DNA of 34,189 bases from an uncultured Candidatus Saccharibacteria bacterium. GTDB taxonomy: Bacteria; Patescibacteriota; WWE3; UBA101185; UBA10185. Position numbers and translations under genes: made by a program. How positions within the stretch are numbered: the first letter of the stretch is position 1; each line of letters starts with the position of its first letter. Below the pieces are notes generated by a model. That model was not told the origin of the DNA, searched no databases, and was given only the letters and a program-made list of their open reading frames with translations. Below are positions 23,734 through 32,406 of this stretch, piece after piece. Where the stretch lies: positions 1 through 34,189 of the forward strand of contig CAZGPL010000001.1 of assembly GCA_964527375.1 (NCBI GenBank), given 5' to 3'.

Positions 23734-23994
23734 TTAAAAACCAAGAACAGTATAAAAAAGAGAAAAAGCCAACAAAGCATAAAGTATATATTCAAAAGCA
23801 ATGCTCTTCGACAATTTCCCTCTTAACCAATGGTGAATTATACCCCAAAAAATGTAAAAAAGAGAAGCCATACCCGAAAGGATTATTAGAGAGGTTTTAT
23901 TAAACCTGTTTATGTATGTAAGAACAACGAAGAGTGTAACTGCTACCATTAGAATAAAATACTCAACCCTATGTTCCTTTAAATTTTCCATCAT
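23734..23994 (-). CDS. Small membrane protein (3 predicted TM helices), function unknown
   Basis: 86 aa. Three hydrophobic stretches. Tightly packed between neighbours (3-nt and 12-nt gaps). No recognisable motif. Confidence 0.5.
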   Translation of the reverse strand: MMENLKEHRVEYFILMVAVTLFVVLTYINRFNKTSLIILSGMASLFYIFWGIIHHWLRGKLSKSIAFEYILYALLAFSLFYTVLGF

Positions 23995-24006
23995 AAATAA
24001 GACTCC

Positions 24007-25026
24007 TTAAATGACCAATCCGGGTCTAAATACAAACCAAATACTGGCCACAACAACTAAAAGTATTGTAAAGTGTGCTAAGGTTTGGCCGGTAAATTTT
24101 CTTATACCTTTTTTTCTGGAATACCAAATATCAATGGCTAAAAGGGAACCAACGAAACCCCCAAAGGCTAAACTAACACTTTTTGTCGCAGTAGTGACAT
24201 CTACAAAAGGCTCGGAGGGTGCCGGCGGAAGAATCTGCGTTTCCTCACCAAAAGTCTCTGATATACCCGCGCTTTCTGGGGGGTTTTCCGGCGTTGTGGT
24301 TTCAACTTCCGCCGGCACCTCCTCTACAGTATTATTTTGATTTCGATTAGTTGATTCTTCCTCGTAGACGCTAGCCAACATTGAAGGCTGTTTGGGTCTA
24401 CCGAACATTTGTACAACAAGAGTAGTTTCGTAGCCATCCATAACTCCATTTACAACTGCAAAACCTACTTCATCATAATTAGCTCCTATGAGATTACTTT
24501 TGTGCGATGGGGATTTAAACCAAGCTTCAACAACTTCTTTTGAAGTTGAAAAATTTTTAGCTAAATTTTCTCCTGCGTATATATAGCTATAACCCTCGGA
24601 TATAATAAAATCCCATGGCTCAGTGCCATCCGGAGCAACGTGTGCCCAATAACCATCTTGAAACATATCCTTCGCTTTTTTTTCAGCCGCCAAAGATAAC
24701 TTTGAATTTAACGTCAACTGAGAAACTCCGTTTTCCTCTCTTTTTTTATTTGTGTATTTCAAAAGATCTGAAATGTTTATGTTAGAAGCGTAGCCTAAGA
24801 CACCCGGTGCTACTTTAGGAATAAATCTAAAAGCTGCAGTGACAAGAAATATTAATATGCAGTAAATCAGAAGGGCTTTATTTTCCAAAAGGTCTGCGCG
24901 TCTTCTTTTATCTTCCTTTGGTAAAAAATGATAAACAAACTGGTATTTTTCAATAGATTTGGGATTTTTTCTCCAGTATTTAACTAGGTTTGAATTTTCT
25001 TTTTCTTTTTTTGAGAAATCAAGCAT
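24007..25026 (-). CDS. Membrane-anchored CAP/SCP (PR-1-like) domain protein with acidic Pro/Thr/Ser/Glu-rich linker and C-terminal TM hairpin
   Basis: 339 aa. Basic N-terminus, then a TM segment (ALLIYCILIFLVTAAF). CAP-like core (AAEKKAKDMFQDGYWAHVAPDG...YAGENLAKNF...VEAWFKSPSHKSNLIGANYDEVGFAVV). Linker TVEEVPAEVETTTPENPPESAGISETFGEETQILPPAPSEP, then two C-terminal TM segments. Confidence 0.7.
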   Translation of the reverse strand: MLDFSKKEKENSNLVKYWRKNPKSIEKYQFVYHFLPKEDKRRRADLLENKALLIYCILIFLVTAAFRFIPKVAPGVLGYASNINISDLLKYTNKKREENGVSQLTLNSKLSLAAEKKAKDMFQDGYWAHVAPDGTEPWDFIISEGYSYIYAGENLAKNFSTSKEVVEAWFKSPSHKSNLIGANYDEVGFAVVNGVMDGYETTLVVQMFGRPKQPSMLASVYEEESTNRNQNNTVEEVPAEVETTTPENPPESAGISETFGEETQILPPAPSEPFVDVTTATKSVSLAFGGFVGSLLAIDIWYSRKKGIRKFTGQTLAHFTILLVVVASIWFVFRPGLVI

Positions 25027-25033
25027 TATTAAA

Positions 25034-25042
25034 ATTATATCA
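25034..25042 (-). promoter_or_regulatory. Candidate extended -10 box (TGATATAAT) upstream of the CAP-domain gene
   Basis: The minus strand reads TGATATAATtttaataATG. The -10 box ends 7 nt before the ATG and there is no SD, so a leaderless or near-leaderless transcript is possible. In AT-rich DNA such matches arise by chance, and there is no convincing -35. Confidence 0.2.
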
Positions 25043-25050
25043 CTATAAAT

Positions 25051-25668
25051 TTATTTGAGTGCTTCTAGTACGAGCTGAAATACCTCTTCCGGAGTACCTT
25101 CGCCGTCTATCTCGATAATTTTTCCCTGTTTTTTAAAGTAATCTATAACCTCCATCGTCTCTGTGTTAAATATCTCAAGTCTTCTATTAACAGCTTCCTC
25201 TGTGTCATCATCTCTTTGAACAAGAGTGCCCCCACAAATATCACACACATTTTCGACTTTAGGGGGTACAGAAATTATATTAAAAATAGCTCCGCATGAA
25301 GAACAAGTCCTTCTGAAAGACAATCTCTTGATAGATGTTTCGGGCGAAATTTTTATATATATAACTTTGTCAAAATCAGGATCATAGTATTCAAGATCTA
25401 TCATAGCTCTAGCCCAACCATCAAAAATGAATCCATCTTTGCAGATATCTTTAGAAGTTTCCTCACGAAGCAAGCGAGCAACCAAATCTTGGGGAACAAG
25501 CTCTCCTCTTGCCATGTGTTTATCGACAGTGTTTTTATCCGGATGATTTTCAGGTAAATTTCTTAAGATATGGCCGGCAGAGATAAGAGGAATATTGTAA
25601 TAATCACTCATCATTTTACCAATTGTACCTTTGCCACAACCCTGGGGGCCAACCAAAAGTATTTTCAT
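25051..25668 (-). CDS. adk: Adenylate kinase (zinc-lid type)
   Basis: P-loop MKILLVGPQGCGKGT. Lid domain with CSSCG...CDICGG. DDTEEAVNRRLEIF. Confidence 0.95.
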   Translation of the reverse strand: MKILLVGPQGCGKGTIGKMMSDYYNIPLISAGHILRNLPENHPDKNTVDKHMARGELVPQDLVARLLREETSKDICKDGFIFDGWARAMIDLEYYDPDFDKVIYIKISPETSIKRLSFRRTCSSCGAIFNIISVPPKVENVCDICGGTLVQRDDDTEEAVNRRLEIFNTETMEVIDYFKKQGKIIEIDGEGTPEEVFQLVLEALK

Positions 25669-25673
25669 AATAA

Positions 25674-25940
25674 TTAAAAATCGGGAAGACCTAAATCTTT
25701 TAACTGACCTCTCATCTGTTTTTCTACCTTTTTATCTACGTCATTAAAAGTGTCGTTTATCAGATCCTTTAAATCTTTCTGATCTTCGCCATCTATTTCA
25801 ATTCTCTGGATTTTTTTGTCCCCTCTAACAACAATTTTTATACCATCTTTTTCTCTGGAGGCAGATATCTCCTCCATTTGCTTTTTTATTTTGCTTTGAG
25901 CCTGTTTAAATTTATTTAGTTCCTTTATCTTATCGAACAT
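25674..25940 (-). CDS. YbaB/EbfC-family nucleoid-associated DNA-binding protein
   Basis: 88 aa. KQAQSKIKKQMEEI...GIKIVVRGDKKIQRIEIDGE...LKDLINDTFNDVDKKVEKQMRGQL follows the YbaB pattern: helix, beta-hairpin with xIDP/G, then L.DL..AA.N.A helix. Confidence 0.75.
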   Translation of the reverse strand: MFDKIKELNKFKQAQSKIKKQMEEISASREKDGIKIVVRGDKKIQRIEIDGEDQKDLKDLINDTFNDVDKKVEKQMRGQLKDLGLPDF

Positions 25941-25966
25941 ATAAATATTCTATCAGGAATTTTCTA

Positions 25967-27223
25967 CTATCCTAAGAATTTTTCATAACTTCTTGTAACC
26001 ATTAGTGATTCTACCTGTCTTACCGTCTCGAGAACTACTGAGACTGAAATTAAAAGACTAGTTCCCCCTATAGAAAGAGAGTTTGGACCAAATATGAATT
26101 GCATAAAATAAGGCAAAATTGCTATCAAACCTAAGAAAAGTGATCCCGCTAGAGTTATTCTTGATACTATTTTCTTCAAGTATTGAGAAGTTGATAAACC
26201 TGGCCTGACGCCGGGTATAAAACCACCTCGCTTTTTTACATCATCTGCTATTTTTTCAGGATTGAACTGAATGAAGGTATAGAAAAAAGTAAAGGCTAAA
26301 ACTAAAAGAAAATATATCAAGTTATAAAGGAAAGAATTTTGCTGAAAATTTGAAGACATAAAATTACCTAAATTCATTAACCTATCCTTTCCTGATGCTA
26401 ATAAAGGTCCTGATATCATCCCTGGTATTGAAACTATAGAAACCGCAAAAATGATAGGGATAACTCCGGCTTGATTAATCTTTATTGGCAAATAATTTGT
26501 GACTTTTTGAGATCTCTCACCTCTCCTACCGTATTCCAACAATATATTTCTGGTCCCTTCATTTACCATAACAACGCCTATTATTACGAGAACTATCAAA
26601 ATAATTAAAGAAACAGAGCTAATATAATTTCCGGACATAATTCCCGTTACGGCAGTTAGTACACTTGCAGGTAATCTGCTTATAATAGAAACGAAAATTA
26701 GAAGGGAGACTCCGTTTCCCACCCCTCTTTCGGTTACCAAATCACCTAACCAAACTAAAAACATGGAACCTGCGGTAAACGTCAAAATTAGTATTACAAG
26801 GTCTATTCCCAACAGAGTGTTTATAATACCTTGTTTACTTAAAAGGAAGTAAATACCATATGACTGTACAAAAGCCATCGGAACAGCCAAAATTTTAGTA
26901 TATAAATTTATTTTTTCCTGTCCGAATTCACCTTCTTTTGACAATTCCTCTAATGATGGAATGAGCATAGTCAATAATTGGATAATAATGGAAGCGTTGA
27001 TGTAGGGACCTAAGCCCAGTGTGACCACTGAAAAATTTTGAAAACCACCTCCGCTGAAAAGATCAAAAAAACCGAAAAATACGCTCTGTTCTAAATAGGC
27101 CTTTATAGAAGAAGTATCTACCCCGGGAACCGGTATATGAGCTAACAATCTAAATATAGCGATTATCGCTAAAGTAAAAATTATTTTCTTCCTTAATTCA
27201 GGAAGTCTGAATATTTTAAGCAT
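25967..27223 (-). CDS. secY: Preprotein translocase subunit SecY
   Basis: 418 aa, 10 TM pattern. LGLGPYINASIIIQLL, GEFGQEKIN, RGGFIPGVRPG. Position directly after rplO, with an 8-nt overlap. Confidence 0.95.
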   Translation of the reverse strand: MLKIFRLPELRKKIIFTLAIIAIFRLLAHIPVPGVDTSSIKAYLEQSVFFGFFDLFSGGGFQNFSVVTLGLGPYINASIIIQLLTMLIPSLEELSKEGEFGQEKINLYTKILAVPMAFVQSYGIYFLLSKQGIINTLLGIDLVILILTFTAGSMFLVWLGDLVTERGVGNGVSLLIFVSIISRLPASVLTAVTGIMSGNYISSVSLIILIVLVIIGVVMVNEGTRNILLEYGRRGERSQKVTNYLPIKINQAGVIPIIFAVSIVSIPGMISGPLLASGKDRLMNLGNFMSSNFQQNSFLYNLIYFLLVLAFTFFYTFIQFNPEKIADDVKKRGGFIPGVRPGLSTSQYLKKIVSRITLAGSLFLGLIAILPYFMQFIFGPNSLSIGGTSLLISVSVVLETVRQVESLMVTRSYEKFLG

Positions 27224-27659
27224 TTAAAGTTGCACCGAAACTTTCGATCTTTTCTTTGGCTTTTTGAGAAAATTTAAAACCCGTTAATGTAACCTTTTTT
27301 GTTATATCACCTTTTGCTAATATTTTAACCCCACCCGATGTAATTTTTTTCAATATTTTCTTTTCAACTAATGTTTGGGGAGTAATCTCATCGCCATCTT
27401 TAAATTTATTGAAAACCTCCAAACCGACCGCTTGAACTTCCAACCCGGAAACATTCTTAAAACCGCCAATTTTAGGTAATTTTTTGTATAACGGAGATTG
27501 ACCTCCTTCAAAACCAAGGTTTGGTTTAGCACCTTTTCTGGATTTTTGACCTTTCTGTCCACGACCTACAGTATGACCTCCCTTACCGCTCCCTCTTCCA
27601 CGGCCAACTATCTTTTTATTCCTATCCATTTTAAATTTTTCTAAATTATGAAGTTCCAT
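27216..27659 (-). CDS. rplO: 50S ribosomal protein L15 (uL15)
   Basis: KIVGRGRGSGKGGHTVGRGQKGQKSR. Operon position. Confidence 0.95.
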   Translation of the reverse strand: MELHNLEKFKMDRNKKIVGRGRGSGKGGHTVGRGQKGQKSRKGAKPNLGFEGGQSPLYKKLPKIGGFKNVSGLEVQAVGLEVFNKFKDGDEITPQTLVEKKILKKITSGGVKILAKGDITKKVTLTGFKFSQKAKEKIESFGATLNA

Positions 27660-27660
27660 A

Positions 27661-28140
27661 TTATTTTTTAAGCTTTTGAAGAGCTTTTAGAGCGCATCTC
27701 ACATTTAAAAGCTTGTTGTTTGAACCAAGTACCTTAGATGAAATATCTTTTATGCCTGCTAATTCAACTACAATTCTAACCGATCCTCCGGCAATTACTC
27801 CCGTACCTTCGGGGGCGGGTTTAAGTAAGATCTTTGAAGCACCAACTTTAGCAGTGACTTCATGTGCTATAGTCTTCCCGTTGGTTTTTATAGTGTATGT
27901 CTTCTTCTTGGCTGAGGACACTGCTTTCCTAATGGCATCGGCAACATTTTTAGCTTTTCCGTAACCATAACCTACTTTACCATCCCTGTTTCCCACAACA
28001 ACTAGAACGCTAAAGCCAATGGCATTTCCACCTTTTATCTTTTTTGAGACTCTTTTGATTTCTATTATCTTTTCCTCAAATTCTGTTATTTTTGTGGCTT
28101 TATAGCCTGAATCATTACTTCTTTTTTCTTCTTTTTTCAT
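27661..28140 (-). CDS. rpsE: 30S ribosomal protein S5 (uS5)
   Basis: [53 protein letters not shown] overlap with rplR. Confidence 0.95.
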   Translation of the reverse strand: MKKEEKRSNDSGYKATKITEFEEKIIEIKRVSKKIKGGNAIGFSVLVVVGNRDGKVGYGYGKAKNVADAIRKAVSSAKKKTYTIKTNGKTIAHEVTAKVGASKILLKPAPEGTGVIAGGSVRIVVELAGIKDISSKVLGSNNKLLNVRCALKALQKLKK

Positions 28141-28496
28141 AATTTCAGACCTCCTTCACGAGCTCCATCTGCCAAAGCTTTAACACGGCCGTGGTACCTA
28201 TAACCACCTCTATCAAAAACTACAGTATTAATCTTACTTTCAAGTGCTTTTTTGGCAATTTCTTTCCCTACTTCAAAAGCTTCCTCAATTTTGGTTTTCC
28301 CTTTTGTGTCAGCAATTTTTTTAGATGAAAACTCAACCAAAGTAACTGCTTTAACATCATCAATAATTTGAGCATAAATAAACTTGTTTGATCTAAAAAC
28401 TGAGAGCCTTGGAATATCAGCAGTCCCATTTATCTTATTTCTGATTAATATTCTCCTTTTCTCTCTATTATTTTTTCTAACTTTTACATGATACAT
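28137..28496 (-). CDS. rplR: 50S ribosomal protein L18 (uL18)
   Basis: [18 protein letters not shown]...[27 protein letters not shown] 28496 lies 1 nt after the rplF stop. The longer ORF to 28520 would overlap rplF. Confidence 0.9.
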   Translation of the reverse strand: MYHVKVRKNNREKRRILIRNKINGTADIPRLSVFRSNKFIYAQIIDDVKAVTLVEFSSKKIADTKGKTKIEEAFEVGKEIAKKALESKINTVVFDRGGYRYHGRVKALADGAREGGLKL

Positions 28497-28497
28497 C

Positions 28498-29058
28498 TTA
28501 TGCGGCTCCTCCTGATCCAACTTTACCCGCTTTACCAGGTTTTCTTCTTACAATCTCACCTTCGTATCTTATGCCTTTACCTTTATATGGCTCAGGCTTT
28601 CTTATTTTTCTGATTTTAGCGGCTGTTAATCCTACCAATTGTTTGTCGGGTCCCGAAATTGTTATGTGAGTATTATCTTCAACTTTCAACTCAACACTAT
28701 CAGGTGAAACGTACTCTACAGGATGCGAAAAACCAACGGTTAAAGATATCTCGTTAGGGGAAACCTGTTTCGCCCTATAACCTACCCCTACTAACTCAAG
28801 TTTTTTTTCAAAATTTTCATTTGCTCCCTTTACCATGTTAGCAATCATTGCTCTTGTCATACCCCACATAGCAGGTGCTTCCTTACCTTTACCTATCATT
28901 TCTACAATAATAATATTATCTTCTTTTTTAACATTGACATCTTTTTGAAATTTAAACGTATGCTCTCCCTTAGGACCTTTAACCAAAACCTCATTACCCG
29001 TAATTTCTACGGATACTCCTTGCGGTATTTCAATAGGTGCTTTACCAATTCTACTCAT
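28498..29058 (-). CDS. rplF: 50S ribosomal protein L6 (uL6)
   Basis: [19 protein letters not shown]...GVGYRA...[13 protein letters not shown]. Confidence 0.95.
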   Translation of the reverse strand: MSRIGKAPIEIPQGVSVEITGNEVLVKGPKGEHTFKFQKDVNVKKEDNIIIVEMIGKGKEAPAMWGMTRAMIANMVKGANENFEKKLELVGVGYRAKQVSPNEISLTVGFSHPVEYVSPDSVELKVEDNTHITISGPDKQLVGLTAAKIRKIRKPEPYKGKGIRYEGEIVRRKPGKAGKVGSGGAA

Positions 29059-29060
29059 AT

Positions 29061-29459
29061 CTAATAAACCTCACAAATAATCTCACCACCAAGTTTCTTT
29101 TTTCTTGCAACTCTGCCATCCATTATTCCTCTGGGGGTGGAAACTATTAAAACTCCTAGCCCTTGTAAGACCGGTCTTAATTCCTCATGTCCTTTATAGA
29201 CCCTCATACCTGGTTTGGAAACTCTTTTTGTCTGAGAAAGTTTTATCTTACCATCTTCCCTCAAAAGTTTAAGACTAAGCATCTTTGATGAGCTTTTTTC
29301 TTTTTTGAAAATCTTTATTTCTTCAATAAATTTGTTGTCTTTTAAAACCTTAGCAATATCCTCACACTCTCTGGTATAAGGAATTTCTAAAACATCCCTA
29401 TCAGCCATTGCGCTATTTTTTATTGAACTCACCATATTTGAAATTCTATCTACACTCAT
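29061..29459 (-). CDS. rpsH: 30S ribosomal protein S8 (uS8)
   Basis: DRISNMVSSIKNS...VSKPGMRVY...GLGVLIVSTPRGIMDGRVARKKKLGGEIICEV. ATG 29459 follows the rpsZ stop. The track start at 29468 is a TTG overlapping rpsZ. Confidence 0.9.
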   Translation of the reverse strand: MSVDRISNMVSSIKNSAMADRDVLEIPYTRECEDIAKVLKDNKFIEEIKIFKKEKSSSKMLSLKLLREDGKIKLSQTKRVSKPGMRVYKGHEELRPVLQGLGVLIVSTPRGIMDGRVARKKKLGGEIICEVY

Positions 29460-29461
29460 CT

Positions 29462-29647
29462 TTACCAACTAGCCTTTCTTACTCCGGGAAGTTCTCCTTT
29501 ATGAGCCATCTCCCTGAAACATTTTCTACACATCTTAAATCTCCTCATATAACCTCTAGGACTTCCACAAATAGAACATCTAGTGTATTCTCTGGTACTA
29601 AATTTCTGTACTTTTTTATGTTTTTGTTTTAACGCTTCTTTAGCCAT
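29462..29647 (-). CDS. rpsZ: 30S ribosomal protein S14, type Z (zinc-binding, 61 aa)
   Basis: Short form with CSICG...CRKCFRE (CxxC...CxxC) and a C-terminal PGVRKASW. Confidence 0.95.
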   Translation of the reverse strand: MAKEALKQKHKKVQKFSTREYTRCSICGSPRGYMRRFKMCRKCFREMAHKGELPGVRKASW

Positions 29648-29656
29648 TTTATTTCC

Positions 29657-30217
29657 TTATTTATTCTCCAAATTTGAACTCTCAGCAAATGGAAAGTTTA
29701 ATTTCTTTAATAAAAATCTATTTTTTTCTGTGTCTTTATTATTAAAAATAATTGTGACCTGCAAACTTCTAATACCCTTTGTTGTGTTTGGATTAACTTC
29801 CGGGAATATAACGTGCTCTTTAATACCCAAAGAATAGTTTCCATTCATATCAAATGAGTTAGGATCAAAACCTCTAAAGTCTCTAATCCTGGGAAAAGCA
29901 ATATTTATTAACTTATCCAAGAACGCCCACATTTTATCACCTCTAAGAGTTACTGCAAAGCCTACAATATCATTCTGTTTAATTTTAAATCCTGCCTCTG
30001 ATTTCCTGGCCTTTCTCTCAAAAACTTTCTGACCTGCAATTTCGGACAATTCCTGCGCAAAAAAATCAACTGCTTCTTTATTTTCCATGAAAGGACCTAT
30101 ACCGGAATTAACACTGACCTTTAATATACTTGGAACTTCCATCACATTTTTAAGGTCAAAATCCTTAATCATTTCCGGAACTATTTTACTTTTATATTCT
30201 TCTTTTAATCTGTTCAT
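29657..30217 (-). CDS. rplE: 50S ribosomal protein L5 (uL5)
   Basis: LKEEYKSKIVPEM..., FPRIRDFRG, GNYSLGIKEHVIFPE. Confidence 0.95.
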   Translation of the reverse strand: MNRLKEEYKSKIVPEMIKDFDLKNVMEVPSILKVSVNSGIGPFMENKEAVDFFAQELSEIAGQKVFERKARKSEAGFKIKQNDIVGFAVTLRGDKMWAFLDKLINIAFPRIRDFRGFDPNSFDMNGNYSLGIKEHVIFPEVNPNTTKGIRSLQVTIIFNNKDTEKNRFLLKKLNFPFAESSNLENK

Positions 30218-30531
30218 ATCTTTTTATCCAAGACTTCTCCGGTCTTCCTATCAACCCGATATTTTTTACCGTCTACTAGCTTATAACCAACCCTAACTGT
30301 TTTCTTAGATTTTTCATCATAGTACATTACGTTAGAAATATCTATTGGTTTTTCTATACTTATGATTCCTCCTTCTTTGGATACAGTTCCGGGCTTAACG
30401 TGTTTCTTTACCATGTTAGTTCCCTCAACAACAACCTTTTTATCAGACTTTAAAACTTTCAAAATTTTTGCGATTTTACCACGGTCCTTACCTGATATTA
30501 CTTTTACCTTATCATCTTTTTTAAGTCTCAT
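30214..30531 (-). CDS. rplX: 50S ribosomal protein L24 (uL24)
   Basis: LKKDDKVKVISGKDRGKIAKILKV (KOW motif). Operon position. Confidence 0.95.
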   Translation of the reverse strand: MRLKKDDKVKVISGKDRGKIAKILKVLKSDKKVVVEGTNMVKKHVKPGTVSKEGGIISIEKPIDISNVMYYDEKSKKTVRVGYKLVDGKKYRVDRKTGEVLDKKI

Positions 30532-30532
30532 A

Positions 30533-30898
30533 TTACAAAACCTCCTTTGCTAAAGATACAATCTTGGTATAGCCTCTATCTCTAATTTCCCTCGCCACAG
30601 GTCCAAAAACTCTTGTACCGAGCATATTTTTATCTTTATCAACAACAATTGCGGCGTTATCATCAAATCTTATATAACTACCATCTTTTCTTCTAACTTC
30701 TTTTTTGGTTCTAACAATAATAGCCTTTGCGATGCTATGATCTTTAAGAACTCCTGTTGAAGAAGCACCTTTAACAACAACCGTCACCAAATCTCCAATT
30801 CTTGCGGATCTTTTGTTAGATCCGGGTATACCAACTATCTTCAGCATCACTGCTCCGGAATTGTCCGCAGGTTTTAGGTATGATCCAATAGGTAACAT
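30533..30898 (-). CDS. rplN: 50S ribosomal protein L14 (uL14)
   Basis: LKPADNSGAVMLKIVGIPG...IRFDDNAAIVVDK...GTRVFGPVAREIR. TAATG junction with rpsQ. Confidence 0.95.
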   Translation of the reverse strand: MLPIGSYLKPADNSGAVMLKIVGIPGSNKRSARIGDLVTVVVKGASSTGVLKDHSIAKAIIVRTKKEVRRKDGSYIRFDDNAAIVVDKDKNMLGTRVFGPVAREIRDRGYTKIVSLAKEVL

Positions 30899-31146
30899 TA
30901 CTTCGTCTCCTCCTCTGAAATTTTTCCAATTACTTTAAAGGACACTTCTTTGCTAAAAGGTCGACATTCTTCAATTATTACCTCATCTCCAACGGAAAGA
31001 CCTATATCATCTCTAGCCTTTATCCTTTTGGTATTTTTAATAGTTTTCTCATAAATAGGATGTCTTTTTGGCATTTCAACGGCAACAACAACTGTCTTTG
31101 TCATTTTATTTGATACTATTTTTCCTTTAAATGTTTTTACACTCAT
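30898..31146 (-). CDS. rpsQ: 30S ribosomal protein S17 (uS17)
   Basis: KGKIVSNKMTKTVVVAVE...HPIYEKTIKNTKRIKARD...GDEVIIEECRPFSK. Confidence 0.95.
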   Translation of the reverse strand: MSVKTFKGKIVSNKMTKTVVVAVEMPKRHPIYEKTIKNTKRIKARDDIGLSVGDEVIIEECRPFSKEVSFKVIGKISEEETK

Positions 31147-31346
31147 TTTTGCTCCTCTTTTAATTTTTCATTTATTAAAGTATTTATCCTAGCTATATCT
31201 TTTCTCAAATTATTTGCTTTTTTAATATTCTTTTCTTTTTTTTGCAAAATATCGGACACAACTTTTTGAAGATCTTTTCTTACCTTAGAAAGTTCTTCTT
31301 TCAAATCTTTTATTGATTTTTTTCTGTATTCTAAAATGTCTATCAT
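31143..31346 (-). CDS. rpmC: 50S ribosomal protein L29 (uL29)
   Basis: 67 aa. Helical, Lys/Glu-rich (LKEELSKVRKDLQK...). Position between rplP and rpsQ. ATGA overlap. Confidence 0.9.
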   Translation of the reverse strand: MIDILEYRKKSIKDLKEELSKVRKDLQKVVSDILQKKEKNIKKANNLRKDIARINTLINEKLKEEQK

Positions 31347-31347
31347 T

Positions 31348-31761
31348 TTATTGATCCCTTTTTACAAACTTAGTGCTAACAGGCAATTTAGCTGAAGCTT
31401 TTGCAAAAGCTTTTTTTGCAGTCGATTCATCGAGACCGGCAAGTTCAAATATAATCTTTCCCGGCTTTGCAACTGCAGAATAATGATCTGTGGCAGATTT
31501 GCCGCTTCCCATTCTTGACTCATTTGCCTTTTTTGCGACGGGTTTATCAGGAAATGCTCTTATCCAAAGTTTACCGCCTCTCTTTGTCTCGTGAGTTATT
31601 GCCTTTCTAGCGGCCTCTAGCTGTCTGGAGGATAAAAGACATCTATCAGTAACTTTCAATCCAAAATCACCGAAAGCTATCTCAGAACCTCTAACTGAAA
31701 TTCCCTTGTTAGAACCTCTCTGTTGTCTTCTAAATTTTACTTTTCTTGGCATTAACAACAT
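31348..31761 (-). CDS. rplP: 50S ribosomal protein L16 (uL16)
   Basis: MLLMPRKVKFRRQQRG...GDFGLK...QLEAARKAITHETKRGGKLWIRAFPDKP. GGAGA SD 6 nt upstream. Confidence 0.95.
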   Translation of the reverse strand: MLLMPRKVKFRRQQRGSNKGISVRGSEIAFGDFGLKVTDRCLLSSRQLEAARKAITHETKRGGKLWIRAFPDKPVAKKANESRMGSGKSATDHYSAVAKPGKIIFELAGLDESTAKKAFAKASAKLPVSTKFVKRDQ

Positions 31762-31773
31762 ATTGTTCTCCTA

Positions 31774-32406
31774 TTAAAGCTCCATCTCCCCTTTGTAAAT
31801 CCATACTTTTAATCCAATTGTTCCAAAAAGCATCTGACAATGAACTTGGGCATAATCAACATCAGCTCTAAGTGTCTGAGAAGGAACTGAACCTTGTTTA
31901 TAGGTTTCTGATCTAGATATTGTATTACTACCGCTAAGAACCCCGGCTAATCTTATCTTTATTCCCTTAGCTCCCTTATCTATGGCAGAACTCAAAGCAA
32001 AATTAACAACTCTTCTGTAGGGAACTCTTCTTTTTAACTGTCTACAAATATAATCAGCAACTAGTTGGGCCTCTATCTCGGAAGATTTAATTCCTTCAGC
32101 AGTTATCTTCACCTTACCTTTGGTAATCTTTTTGATCTCTTTTTCTATCTCCTCAACTCCGGTACCGCCTCTGCCTATAACTACACCGGGCTTGGATACT
32201 TTAATCAAAACACTAATTTCGTTTTCAGTTCTTTCTATTTCAACATTTTTCAAACCTGCAGTACTTAACTTATCCTCTAGCAGTTTTCTTATTTTTTTAT
32301 CTTCAATTAGTAAATCTGCATAATCCTTCTTGGAAGAAAACCATCTAGAATCCCAATTTCTGGAGATACCTAATCTATAACCTATCGGATTTATTTTATG
32401 ACCCAT
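31774..32406 (-). CDS. rpsC: 30S ribosomal protein S3 (uS3)
   Basis: MGHKINPIGYRLGISRNWDSRWF...KPGVVIGRGG (KH domain)...GAKGIKIRLAG. Confidence 0.95.
   Translation of the reverse strand: MGHKINPIGYRLGISRNWDSRWFSSKKDYADLLIEDKKIRKLLEDKLSTAGLKNVEIERTENEISVLIKVSKPGVVIGRGGTGVEEIEKEIKKITKGKVKITAEGIKSSEIEAQLVADYICRQLKRRVPYRRVVNFALSSAIDKGAKGIKIRLAGVLSGSNTISRSETYKQGSVPSQTLRADVDYAQVHCQMLFGTIGLKVWIYKGEMEL

Noticed and set aside
1-24000. Calling the glycosylation block a mobile genomic island.
   Set aside because: No integrase, transposase, tRNA attachment site or flanking direct repeats are visible, and the left boundary is outside the window. Only the break in the conserved adk-map gene order hints at insertion.
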